Source of the DNA: Mytilus trossulus
Lineage: Eukaryota
Length of the DNA stretch: 64,000 bases
Assembly (NCBI RefSeq): GCF_036588685.1
Contig: NC_086386.1
Span: forward strand, 77,996,001-78,060,000
Direction: 5' to 3'
The translations under genes and the position numbers were made by a program. Shown here in pieces: positions 1-12,800 of this stretch; the stretch's first letter is position 1, and each line of letters begins with the position of its first letter. The notes beneath the pieces are model-generated. The model was not told where the DNA came from and did not search any database. It saw nothing but the letters and a program-made list of their open reading frames with translations.

Positions 1-278
1 TAATCGACCAAACAGTTCAACACCTGTATCTATGTCAATTCAAAAAAGAAAAAAACTGTTTTGAAACACAAATTTAGCACAAAAACCTTTGCCGTACTAT
101 AAAGATACAACTTGTGAAGAACAGGGTAAAAAAAAATATACCATGAACAAAAAAACTGATGGGAGAAAAGCAGAAAATTAATGGATATTTCTGACAAGTT
201 CAGACTGACCATGCTGACTGCATATTCTATTGATCAGCATCATAATGTTATTCATTGTATGATTATAAATTTAATGCA

Positions 279-346
279 GCATCACTTGCATCCATCGTCT
301 GAGCATCACTTTGCATCTGTTGCCATGGCATCACTTGCATCCATCT
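279..346. repeat. Three ~24-25 bp tandem copies of GCATCACTTGCATC(C/T)
   Basis: Visible direct repeats at 279, 303 and 328. Confidence 0.7.
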
Positions 347-3300
347 TGGGCTAATTAGTAGAAGTTTATTGTTTTCAGTTGAATGACAACATCAGTGGTA
401 ATGTACAGAGAAAGGTTCAGTTTCCATCAATTTGCATCTCTCAAGTTTTTCATGTTCGGCCAAAATGCATGGAAGTTTAACTAAGTTATCATGGTTATAT
501 TCAGCCAAACATGCTGTTGACAATAATTGAGGTTTTGTTCATTACACTTTCCATTGACAAATGTTAGATAATCTGTCTCGCCAACAACTGTCTGAATTGC
601 AAATGATTCAATGTACCAGCACAAAAGTTGCTCTTCATATTTGTGAAACATGTTAAAGGCTATAGACGGCAATGTTTTTTAATATAGATAGATTGTCCGT
701 TTTAGGAAAATAATTTGACTACAGTTAAAAAGATCTGACAAAAACAAAAATCCTGCTCCAAGAAAACCAATTGGAATAACATTTTAGATTAAAACATGTG
801 TATTAACAATCAGGTTCAAGTTAGTTTTTATTGGTATCTTCAAACTTTTGGTTGATTGCTACTGCAGTTGGAGAGAAAAAAACAACATGAAAATAGTTAA
901 AGTGCAAAAACTCCCGTCAAGACAGTCTGGCAGAACAACAAAAATATTTTGTGAAATAAAGATCAAATCTGAAAAGAATTGTTTGTTTTTCTGTAATTTG
1001 TTATCCATGCTTCACTTGGCATCCATATTGTCTTCATGGTTAATATTAGGTAATCATTTACTTGGTAATAAACATGATAAATAAAAGTGTTATAATACTA
1101 ATAGCCATTGAAACAATGACCCAATCTTTTTTCTCGTCAATAGTTCATAAAAAGAGATAGGAAAAAATAATTTCAAACATTCTTTTGGTTCATAAGTTAG
1201 TTGTTGAGTTCATTTGTGTAGTATTTGATATGTTTATGGCTAAGATTTATGTGTGGACAATTCCTCAAAGTTTGAAAGCTGGATTGGTCCTCACTTTGAA
1301 GTAAGCTTTCAGTTTGGATAGGATTCTGCCACCTAAATTTTGCACTTATATATTTATACAATTTAAGAGTTCAAAAGAAAGCATTTATTGACACAAAAGT
1401 CACTTTTTGCAGCACAAGATCATTGTCAGTTTGTTCAATTTTGTCATTACAATTAGAGATAATAGCTTTCAGAGCAACAACTTGGGCCCTTCAGATCTTG
1501 ATTGTTTTTCTTAGCAATTGTTGGTTTATTAAAACTAGTACCAACATCATTTGAAAATGTAAGATAAATTAATGTTGCCAATGGCCAATGTGAGCATTTG
1601 GCATCTGTCGTCATCTGTTAACTTTTTCAAAGATCACCTTCCAATCATGTTAATGTTTGGATGTAACCCTGCCTGTCAACCAACTAGAGTAACTGGGGTA
1701 AAAAATAGAAAATTTTAAGTTGTGTTCATTATCTTTAAAATTCATATAGATGCAGAAAATCTGACAAAATGCAAACATTGCTTAAGATGTTGAGTTCATC
1801 CTACTGACATTATTTCAAAACTGTCTGACCTTAACTTTCAAGACTGATTGCCCTTAAAATGTTGAATTTTTCCACTTTTTAAATTTTTGCTCTTTGAACT
1901 TTTGAATAGAAAAATTATCAACAAACCAGATCTCTTGAAGTTATTGCCCTTTAATGATGATTTTCCCCCAAATAAAACCTTAATAAGTAATAGCTAAAAT
2001 TAAGGTAAATGTACACAAGATTAAAAAAAATGAAAAAAAACCCAACCCTAACCATGCTTTAAATGAGTGCTTTTGGTGCTGTCATGACCGGGAGAAAGTC
2101 CTGTTTATAACTTCCTAGCAAGTTTTTATTGTAAGTGTGAAAAAAGAGAACTGTCAATGCAGTGGGTTCCCAAATTTTTGATAGTAAGATTGAAGGGAGA
2201 GGACTTTATGCTTTAATCTACTCATCAGTTTATTATAGCCTTGTTTAAAAAATTCAAAAAGGGAACATTCATTTCATTATGTCTAGTTTATTATTGGTTA
2301 ACCAGTATATTACTATGACTGTAATCAAATGTGGATCAAGGATTATGAAAAGGGATGGAGTTAAGTGAAATGGGAACTGGCAAAAGTCTTGCATTTGCAA
2401 TAAATAAAGCTTTATTGGGAAGTGGTTACCCTAATAGGACCTCTGGTTAATTAGGTTGGTTGATTGCATTAAAGATGTGTTGAATTTCATTTGAGATGAA
2501 AAGCACTTTGTTATCTCCTCTGAAAATACCATAACTTCCCAGAGACCATTTTATGATTTTTATGTGAAATATTAATTTGCCTCACTTGTACCCATTGTTC
2601 TTGTGCAATATATACCTACAAATGGCTCATGTGTAACTGATGTCAAATTTGCATTGAATTTTATCACTGTGATATAACTTCTTTCATTGAAGATTTTAAA
2701 AAAAAACTGATGCAAATCCATGATTTCCAATAAAGGGGGCCAGGTCTGTCAAACTAGGTAATGCTGGGAATGGGACATTGCCTTGATTGGCACTGAAATC
2801 CAAATTCTGATAAGTTCTGACTTTATGTGGCAGATTTGTTCATCGTGTGGGGAGGGGGGCTCCCACTTGGTTTAAAAGTAATTGATCCAATTTATCATTT
2901 ACATTAATATTACGTCGGTGAGGATATAAGTTCACACTTGCACTGTCTGTGTTGGACTCCAAAATCAAATTATACAGATTTTCAGTTGTACTGAAATTGG
3001 ATAGCTCTGTCAGGATTCCTTGGGTCCTCCACCAACAAAATGACTGCCACAACTTGGCTGATAGTATTGTAAGTGGTTTCAGAGACCAACCAATCAATCA
3101 TACATTTCTGTGAACAAGACCAAGGAGAATTTAATACTAGTATGCTGATAGAAAAATTGAGTTTGTAGCAAAGAAAGAGGAAGACAAGTTTTTTCAACCA
3201 TATTTTAACAAATTCAACTTTGAAAGCCAAGATGCCTGCCACGCTTATATAATCACATTAGGTGAAGTTCTTAAAATCTGCTTGGTGAATCTTACAAACC

Positions 3301-3685
3301 AACTTATTTTGCTAAGAGTTCAAAGAATTGGTCTCATTGACTTGTTTTGCACTGCTATTTTGGGTTTATTGACTAAATCATGTTGCAGGAGTTAAGGTCT
3401 ATTTTGAATATTTGAAGGATATTCATGTAGGTGTTTTTCTAAGGTTGCAGGTTTGCATTCATTCATTATTGAATGGATATGGTGTTTGAATCTGAATATG
3501 TTCATGATGTTGGTTGAAATTTCTTTACTTGGAAATATCCTGGAAAAAGAGCGCTTGTATGTGAGCATTAACTTGCTGCCGTATATAAAAATTGTTTTTG
3601 TGTTCACCAGTTAATTGTGGAAACGGGTTTCACCTTCAGGTAACATTGCCGTTAATTTTCAATATAATTTGATCCAAAAAAATAG

Positions 3686-3868
3686 GTAGATGAAAAGACT
3701 AGACAGTGTATGTTTAAAGTACGACAGACCTGGAATCAACATTTTTCCAGTAGAAGGATGTATGCCTTGGATGTTAGGGTGAACAACATTGACCATGCAT
3801 GGCCACTGACCGCACCACCACCTAGTATGTCCAGTAGTATCCATGTCAATCCTAGGTTTCTTGCACAG
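3686..3868 (+). CDS. PCF11: PCF11 exon: C-terminal half of CTD-interacting domain (CID)
   Basis: tag|GTA GAT...GCA CAG|gtagga, 183 nt. Translation matches the Pcf11 CID end. Confidence 0.92.
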
Positions 3869-6800
3869 GTAGGATTCTGTCAAATGCTGTCCACTCATTT
3901 CTCATTTTTATGTGCTTCATTTCCATCCTTTTAATTTAAATTGAACATAATTTTGATATATTAAGGGGTTCAAAGTTCATATGATTTGCTAAATTTTGAT
4001 ATAAAGAAAACATTTTGTCAAGTGTTTATTAGTAAGGAAGTTAGTCAGTAATAACATATAATAATCAAATTAAATGCAGGATTTAATCAAACTTATTGGT
4101 GTTCATCAAGTACTTACTTTCTAGCATGTAACAAAATCAATTCTTTGATAAATAAGGTCCATCTCCTTGGTGAGGGTGGGACCAGGACCTATTTTTGGAC
4201 GTTGGGTTTGAGTGTTTATAAAATCTGGATCGATCTTTTCACAATCTGGCAATTCTTTATTCGGAATGTTTGGATTTAAAAAAAAATTAATTCTGTACCT
4301 CCTGGATTTTAGGATCAGGACCCCACCCTCCTTGATTAGTTTATGACTAAAATAAAAGATTGAAAAATATTTCAACAAATACTGAGAAGCCTTTCTGATA
4401 CTGAAGAAAAATTAACATACTTTAGTACATATATTGAATAATGTAGGATCATCTAGTGGGTCTCATTGGGGTGTCTTCTAGTGGGTCTCATTGGGGTGTC
4501 AGGGTTATGCAGGATTGCCAAATTTTTGTAAGTGTGACACGTGAAAGTCAAACTATTGTGCAGTGAAAACGTGAAATGAAGACTGGCAGGACATGGGAAA
4601 TTACAAAAAAATGAGAATTGTTAAGTACATAATGTTTACGGGATACAGGAATCTACACCCCCTTTCTATAACTGTCCTTGCACACAAATTTGAATGCAAA
4701 GTAATAATAACACTTTTGATGAAAAGCCCAGTGTTGCTGACGGGTTTTATAAGCATCTTTTCTATCATAAAAACCCTTTAAAAAACAACATTGAAATAAT
4801 TTAAGAAGGGTGGCTATTTCTTTAAATTTGAAAAAGTTGCCCTTAGATTATTTTGTCTGTTCAATTTGGCCTTTTTAATGTTTTTATTTTTGGCTTTCAT
4901 AACTTGTCACACTAGAATATATGTTCTGTAAGTTATTCCAGGTAAACACATGTAAGGAGTATAGCACTTCAATAAATGTTGCATGTTTTATAGTTAACAG
5001 GAAAGTAAATAATGTATGTATGATTGCCAATGAGACATAAAAGATCAGGATGTAAGCAAGTGTAGGTCATGGTATGGCCTTCAACAGTGAGGAAAACTTT
5101 TCCATATTGTAAGCTATATAAAGGCCTTGATAAAATGTAAATCAATTTGAACAAGAAAACCAACAACTGGATTTATGCTTTAACTAAAAACAAATCTGGC
5201 AGACAGCAACCATTGACTATATGGAATAACATGCTTTGAAACACCAAATGATCAATTAGGAGGCATCCAACATCCAATGGATTTAGTGTAAAAGACTGTA
5301 AACAGTCAGGGGAAAACATAACCTTATGCAATGACTAGATACTGGACAGATTGTAGATCCATGATTATATACATGTATATAACAATACTATTTCGTCTAC
5401 TTTTTGTCGAGCCTTCGACTTTAGTCGAAAAAGCGAGACTAAGCGATCCTACATTCTGTCGTCGTCGGCGGCGTCAACAAATATTCACTCTGTGGTTAAA
5501 GTTTTTGAAATTTTAATAACTTTCTTAAACTATACTGGATTTCTACCAAACTTTGACAGAAGCTTGTTTATGATCATAAGATAGTATCCAGAAGTAAATT
5601 TTGTAAAAAATTATTCCATTTTTTTCCTTATTTTACTATAAATGGACTTAGTTTTTTCTGCTGGGAAACATTACATTCACTCTATGGTTAAAGTTTTTAG
5701 AATTTTAATAACTTTCTTAAACTATCCTGGGTTTGTACCAAACTTGGACAGAAGCTTGTTTATGATCATAAGATAGTATCCAGAAGTAAATTTTGTAAAT
5801 AAAAAAATCCATTTTTTCCATATTTTACTTTTAAATGGACTTAGTTTTCCTGCTGGGAACCATTACATTCACTCTGTGGTTATAAAGTTTTTAAAATTTT
5901 AATAACTTTCTTAAACTATCCTGGGTTTGTACCAAACTTGGACAGAAGCTTATTTATGATCATAAGATTGTATCCAGAAGTAAAGTTTGTAAAAAGATTA
6001 CTCCGTTTTTTCTGTAATTTACTTTTAAATGGACTTAGATTTTCTTACAATCATAAAATAGTAACAAGAGGAATATTTTTATTGATTTTTTTCCTCATTA
6101 TTGTTGAGCCTGCGATTTACAGCAAAAATAGGCGAGACACTGGGTTCTGCGGAACCCTTACAAATTTTTAAGTATTAATCATCAAAAAGCAAATGCATCT
6201 ATATAAATATTCTGTCACCAAACACTTTGACAAAAATTAGTTGTCTCATTTAATTTTCATTAAAAAATACATACAAAAAAAACCCAAAAAAAACAAACTT
6301 GAACCACATAATTTATTGGAAAAATGTCATTGGATATTTATCAGTTTGACAAACTTTGATCATTGAGAAGATTGATATTTCCACAATGAAAGAACATGAG
6401 CCAGCTGTTTTTGTTTCAGAGTTATCTACCTGTAATGTAATTTCCCACCTTAAATCATTGATTATGTTTTTAGCAAAAAGAAGAGCAAGGTTTACCCTTG
6501 CCTGAGGAGCCAGATGATGAGGATGAAGCTGAAATGAGGAGACAACTGATTGCCAAGCAAGCAGAAATATTGAAATTACAACAGAAAAGACTAGAATTAG
6601 AACTGAAAGAAACTGAAGCACGTCTCAAATCTCAGGTAAAAACGGTACGTATTCAAAACTGAATGCATCCATTGACAAAACATCTGCAATTTGTTAACTT
6701 TTGATGAAATTGCAGCTATTCATTTTTTTTTTAGACTGACTGTGAAAAAGCTTTTTCCAAAGCACAAAAAAACTTATATATTAATAGAGAAAAAGAGGAT

Positions 6801-9800
6801 ATGGGGTATCCATCAAAAACACAAAATTAATACATGCTCAGCATCAACAACAAAAACACCGAAACCAAAGGAACAGCGCTTTTATTGCTTTTCTTCATCT
6901 GATGTTTTGGTTATATGCACTGGTGAGTTGCTGTCTCATTAATATTGATATCACAGACAATAAGGTGTGATGACTGAGAAGGAAACAGCTATCAACAAGA
7001 GTCATCTGTATACCCTTCAACGATGAGACAAACCCATACTATATAGTGGGATTAATAAAAACCTGACATAAAAGTGTCAAGCAATAAAAATGAAAAACAA
7101 AGCCTGTTTTATTACTTTTAATTCAGGACATGTATTTTAAGAAAAATCAGTGAGTCTGGTCAAAGCAGTAAAAAAAAAGGAATGTGACACATAACCCAAC
7201 AACAACCATTTATCAATGTCTCCTTTTATTAATAATATTCTGTTGTTCTGTTTTAGCCTGACTCATCAGATTCAACTGACTTATTTGTTGGTGTAGAAGC
7301 ACCAGCTGAGACAACAACTTCTATATCAAGAGATCCTCGGATACAAAAAGACCCTCGAATACAAAAAGATCCTCGTCTAAGAGATCCCAGAGTATGTAGG
7401 GATCCAAGAATGAGGTCAAAGCCAGCACAGCCTGAACTTCTCCCTAGTAGTGAGGAACAACCTCAGTTGACCTTTTTTGGTCCCAGCACTAATGTTCCGT
7501 TGAATCAGTTTGGTGGAAGGGAAACAGAGCCTCCGACATTGTTGAGTGAATCCGCTATGCCACCTCAAATTACACATCAGCCACCTGTCATGACTTCTGG
7601 TACAGGAATGTTGCCGTTTCCAATGCCTAGCGCCTTATTGCCACGGCCAATGCAGACCGCTTCACCGTTTTTATCTGAGTTTGGTAATCAAAATAACCAA
7701 GCCATACCAAGTATGAAACATGAACCTATGGAACAAAATACATTCAGTCCGAAAAAACAATATAAACCAAAGCCTGATGTAGAAGTCAAAAAGGAAAAAA
7801 TTACTCCGGAAAAAGTGAATTCTAGCCCAAAAGGATTAGAAAGCACAGTTAAAGTGAAAGTTGAAAAAAGTCTAGGTGTATCACCAAGAAAAAAGAAATT
7901 AGACCCGAGAAAGGCTGCCAGTGAAACAAGAGTAAAAGAATCCAAGGACCAAGAGGTAAAAAATTTAAAAGCAACGAGTAGTCAAAGTCAGGAAAAAGTT
8001 AGAAGCACAAATAATGACACTAAACCACGCCATGAAAATCATGATAAGGGCAGAGCAAGAAACAAAGATACTCATGATAAAGGGAAATCACCTAATGACG
8101 AGGAAAAAGTAAAAAGTAAATCAAGCCCTAGTGAAACTCAACATAGTAAAAATAAACGGACTAGGGGAGACTCGGAACGTGAAAATCGGAAAACAAGTGA
8201 AGAAAGAAATGGAAAAAGCGAAAGCAGAGAACGAGAAAATAGTTGGAAAGATACTCGTAGTCGAAGGAGTAAGTCGCCAAGAAAGAGCAGAGAAAGGTCA
8301 AGGTCTCCTGTCAAAGAGACCGTAAAAGGATCTAAAGTTCAAACGCGTAGTAGTAAAAGTAGAAGTAAGACTGATTTAAAACAGGACACCAAAACTCAGA
8401 ATGAAGAACCCATGGAAGAAACACATAAAATTGAACATAGAAAACCCATATCTAGTTTGCCAAGGATACCTAAGCGTACCGGTACAGATGTTGATGAAAG
8501 AAGAAAGGATAAAGATCAAGATGAACGTCGACTTTCTGGTTCCAATAAAAGGGATCTTGATGAAAGACGCGATTATAGAGATGGAGACTCTGGCCGAAAC
8601 AGTAAAAAAGCCAGAATCAGTCAGGAAAGAGGCGTTCCTACCATGGAACCAGTTCACATTCATACCAAGCTAAATGAAGATTTAAGGTGAGCAGAACATT
8701 TTATTGGGACATTATAGATGAGGGCTTTGACTGGGGTTCTTAAGTTCAATATTCTTCAAATTTCTACATCTTTATTTATTTTTAAAAAATATTAAACATA
8801 ACCTGTACAATGCTCATAAAAACATTTTAGTTATTTGGTATTCTGTAATTGGGTGATTTTTTTATGCTATACATTGTTTATTTCTGTTATTATATTTATA
8901 CCTACTTTCTGTTGTATTCCACAAGTATAATTTATACTTTAGCACAACATTTATACTCTCTACTTATTTGTTTTTGTTTAATTTTTCTTTGTAAAGTATT
9001 ATCTATTCTGTTAATCCCAACCAGACCCTCATAAATTATATATGGTTCAAAAAAAGAAAAGTTTCTCAGCCATGAGATAAAAGCCTGTAGATAGCATGTT
9101 TATTCCTAGACAGCGTTAGTTTATGGCGTCATAGTGTTCTCACTCTTCTTGCCTCTATGTGTTAAGATATTAAAAACCATTCTCAGACGAGTAACTTGAA
9201 ATGGAATATTACATCACCAATTTCAAAGATTAAAGCAACATTAAAAAAATTAGAACTGATCAATTATAAATAGCAGAATTGCTTGTAACATCAGTAGATA
9301 CTCACAATAAATAAAATCAGGTTAATTTTAAGATATACAAACTGTAGACACAAATCAAATAGAACATAAAAAAAAATGCAAAGGAAGAAATAAGCATGAT
9401 ATCATAAGTATGAATATCTTTCCAAGAGAGCTTTCAGTAAATACAAATAAAATAAACAATTAAAAGTGCAATGTTAAAGATGTGAAATATTCCATAACAA
9501 ACATTCTTGTTTTGAATCACTGACTGTCCCATAACAGACCTGCATCTGCACCAGTACAGAAAATAAGATGTGGTATGAATGCAAATGAGACAGCTATCAA
9601 CCAGAGTTCTATTGAACTGGATGAAAGCAATTATCAACTTCTAAACATTCTAAAGATTCATTGTTGAATTTTTACAATTTCTTAATTTGTTATTTTTTTT
9701 CAGTGCCTTATTTGGAAATGAAGACCAGGATTACAGACACGCTGATACAATTTCGCCCAGAGGAGGTGGGCAGGTAGGATGGGCAAGATACAAGGCTGAT

Positions 9801-12800
9801 CATCCACAGGACTTCGACAGTCGTAGATCAAGTATAGAAGACATAGATCAGAGACAAGATCCACTCGATCAGAGACACCAAGCACCCAAGGTTCCAAGAG
9901 ATACTGATTTCAGAACACCACCCTTCAGTAGACCTCCAGGTCGAAGTCCTGGTTATAATGAACCAGTGCAAAGGATTGGACAGCCTCCTTCTGAAGAGGA
10001 TGTACCACAAGAATTGAGAATTGAGAATCGAGAACAAATATTAAGAAAAATGGAAATGAGAAGAAAGTCTGGAGAACTTAGTCATCAGGAACTTCAAACA
10101 GTTTTAAGAAGCTTATCTGAATTTGATACTCTGCAAGAACAAAAACGACATCACCATCCAGGACATGAACCGCCTCTTCTAGAACCTGAAATTCATAGAC
10201 GAGATGAAAGAGTACTGCCACTTAGACAAAACGAGCCTTTGATGGAGTATAACTCACCTGGAAAAGCACCTATTCCTCGACAAAATGAACCGTTGATGGA
10301 GTACAGTTCTCCTCGAAAAGACAGAAGTCACCAGCATGATGCAGATATAAGAAGGGACCAGTTTAGAGGACCTGATAGACCAAAAGATGACAGGGGTCCA
10401 AGAGAGGAACCAGTAAGACCAAGCTTACTTGGACCTGGACCTGGTCCTAGATTGAATAAAGAGCCGGATGTTATTGGATCTGATAGAGACAGACCTATCC
10501 CTGGTCCTGACCCTGCTATGAATTTTGATGTGGACCTCCGAAAGCCCCCTCAAATGGATAGAGGCCCACTTATAGATAGGAGACCTGATGTTGAGGTAGG
10601 AAGGTCACCAGTAGATAGACCCAAAGAGGTAAAACCAAGTCTTCTAGGCCCTGGACCTGTTATTTTAAAGGAGAAAGAACCATTGATTACCCCTAAACTA
10701 GATCCTGTCAAACGTGATGTAGAGAAAAAAGAGAAAGTTTTTAAACCTAAAGAGAAGAAGAAAGAAGGTGCTGGACTGGCTGTAGGAGCAATGTTGGAAA
10801 TGTTGAGATCAGAAAATTCTCCAGATAATTCACAAGATGCACCTATGCCCAAGCCTGTAGTTCCCGATGCTCTCAAGGCTCCTGCAAAAGAAAACCGTGA
10901 ACAAAAAACTCATAGGGGATCTCAGAAAGAAGAAAGAAGATCAAAATCCCATAGAGAGCATGGAAGAAATGAAAGTCACAGAGATGAAAGGCGTAGAGAC
11001 AGACCCAGAGATGATAGACGTAGAGAAAGGGATGCTGCAAGAGATGAAAATCGTAAAGATGGTTCTAGAGATGAAAATCGTAAAGATACTCCAAGAGATG
11101 AAATTCGTAGAGAACCTCCTAGAGATGAAAGAGTACCACGTCTAGTTCCTAAACCTATTTATGACCCTGACAGAGATGACAGATGGATGATGCCAGGAGG
11201 GGTGAGGATAAAAGACGGAGTACTGAATATATTCCCTGATGGCACTGAAGAAATTGTTGTAAATGGTCAGCCACATCATTACAGAATGGGAGGACCAAAA
11301 CGTATCATTCCTTTTAAAGGGGATCAGTTGGAAGCTTTCATTGAACAAACAAGAAGAACGCTTCTTATAAATGGTACTGCTGTATACAAAGTTGCTGACC
11401 CAGTGAAGGAAGTTTTCTGGGGCCCAGGTCCTAATCAAAGAGCTCAAGTATTTTATCATGGAAATCCCAGGAACATGTGGATTGATGGATTTTTGTATAA
11501 TTTGCGCATAGATGCACCACCTAAAATAATTCGATTCCGTGATAAGGAACATACAGTTTTGATAGATGGGCGAGATGGAATGCTATTGATAGACAAAAAA
11601 GAATATGGAACATATGGCGGGAAGCCAAGATTTGTTCGTTTGGATGATGAAAGAGTAGAAATGAGATTTACTCCTCCGCCTAAAAATATAGTCATTGATG
11701 GATTGCAATGCCAGATAAGACTTGATAGAAAAATTCCTTTTATTGTAATGGATGGTGTTGCAAGGGGTATTCGATTCGATGGACCCCCTAGAGATGTAAT
11801 AATAAACGGACAGAAGTTTTTAATTCCCACAGACAGGGCAGTTGAGGTCTGCATTGATGGAATATTTCATATGGTAGCATTTGGAGGTCCCTCTCATGAA
11901 ATTATTATAGATGGAAATTGGTATGAGTTGCAGTTTAATGGACCCCCAAGAGAAATAACTTTAGGAAATCAACGGCTCCTGGTTGGGCTGCCGTGTCCAC
12001 CACCAGATGTGAAAATCTTAGACCCAATTGAAAATCAGACCCTTAAAGAACCTGATGTTGAGAAGAGTGGAGGCAAACGTGACAAGAGACATGGATCAGA
12101 TGACAGAAACTCACCATCATTTGGCCAAAAAAAGCCTGTATCCATATTAGACATGGATATTGCAAAACCTCCAGGACTTAGGAATAAGGACAGATTAAAG
12201 GGATCACCTCTGTATGATGAAAGGTCCAGAAGTCCAGATAGTCATAAAGATAGAAGACATAGGAGACATAGTCCAGACAGAAGAGGAGGTTCTCCACAAA
12301 TTAATGATCAGTTTAATGGACCCTCCATGAATCAAACTGGTCCACCTCAGCCTAGACCACCGTTTATACCAGGTCAGCCGTTTAATCAAGGAGGACCAAA
12401 TCAGCCATTCCAGCCTGGACCCAATCAACCATTCCCACCAAATCAGCAATTTCCAGGTCCAAATCAGCCTCCATTTTCATCAGGACCAAATCAAAGATTC
12501 CCACTAGGTCCTAATCAACCACCATTTATGCCTGGTCCAAATCAGCCATTTCCATCTGGACCAAATCAGATTTTTCCACCAGGTCAAAATCAGCAAATGC
12601 CAGGTCCAGGAGCTATGCCACCTTTCCAAATGGGCCCAAGGCCTATGATGCAAGATGAGGGTTCTCAGGGTCCACATCCAATGTTTCAACAAGGTCCTCA
12701 AGGCCAGCCATTACAGTCTATGCCTGGTATGCCACCCAATATGCCAGTGATGAGTCAGTCTATGCCTATGCCAGGTCAACCTATGCCTATTCAAGGTCCA

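Noticed and set aside
1515-1558. Possible upstream PCF11 exon (IVGLLKLVPTSFEN|gtaaga)
   Set aside because: Does not resemble the expected CID segment; no supportable upstream coding exon was found in 1-3685.
6967-7066. Box C (GTGATGA) and box D (CTGA) pair suggesting an intronic snoRNA
   Set aside because: Weak terminal stem, and the segment looks like a degenerate copy of the common dispersed repeat.
7688-12701. Many antisense and alternate-frame ORFs over the large PCF11 exons
   Set aside because: Shadows of a long biased coding sequence; no motifs or splice support.
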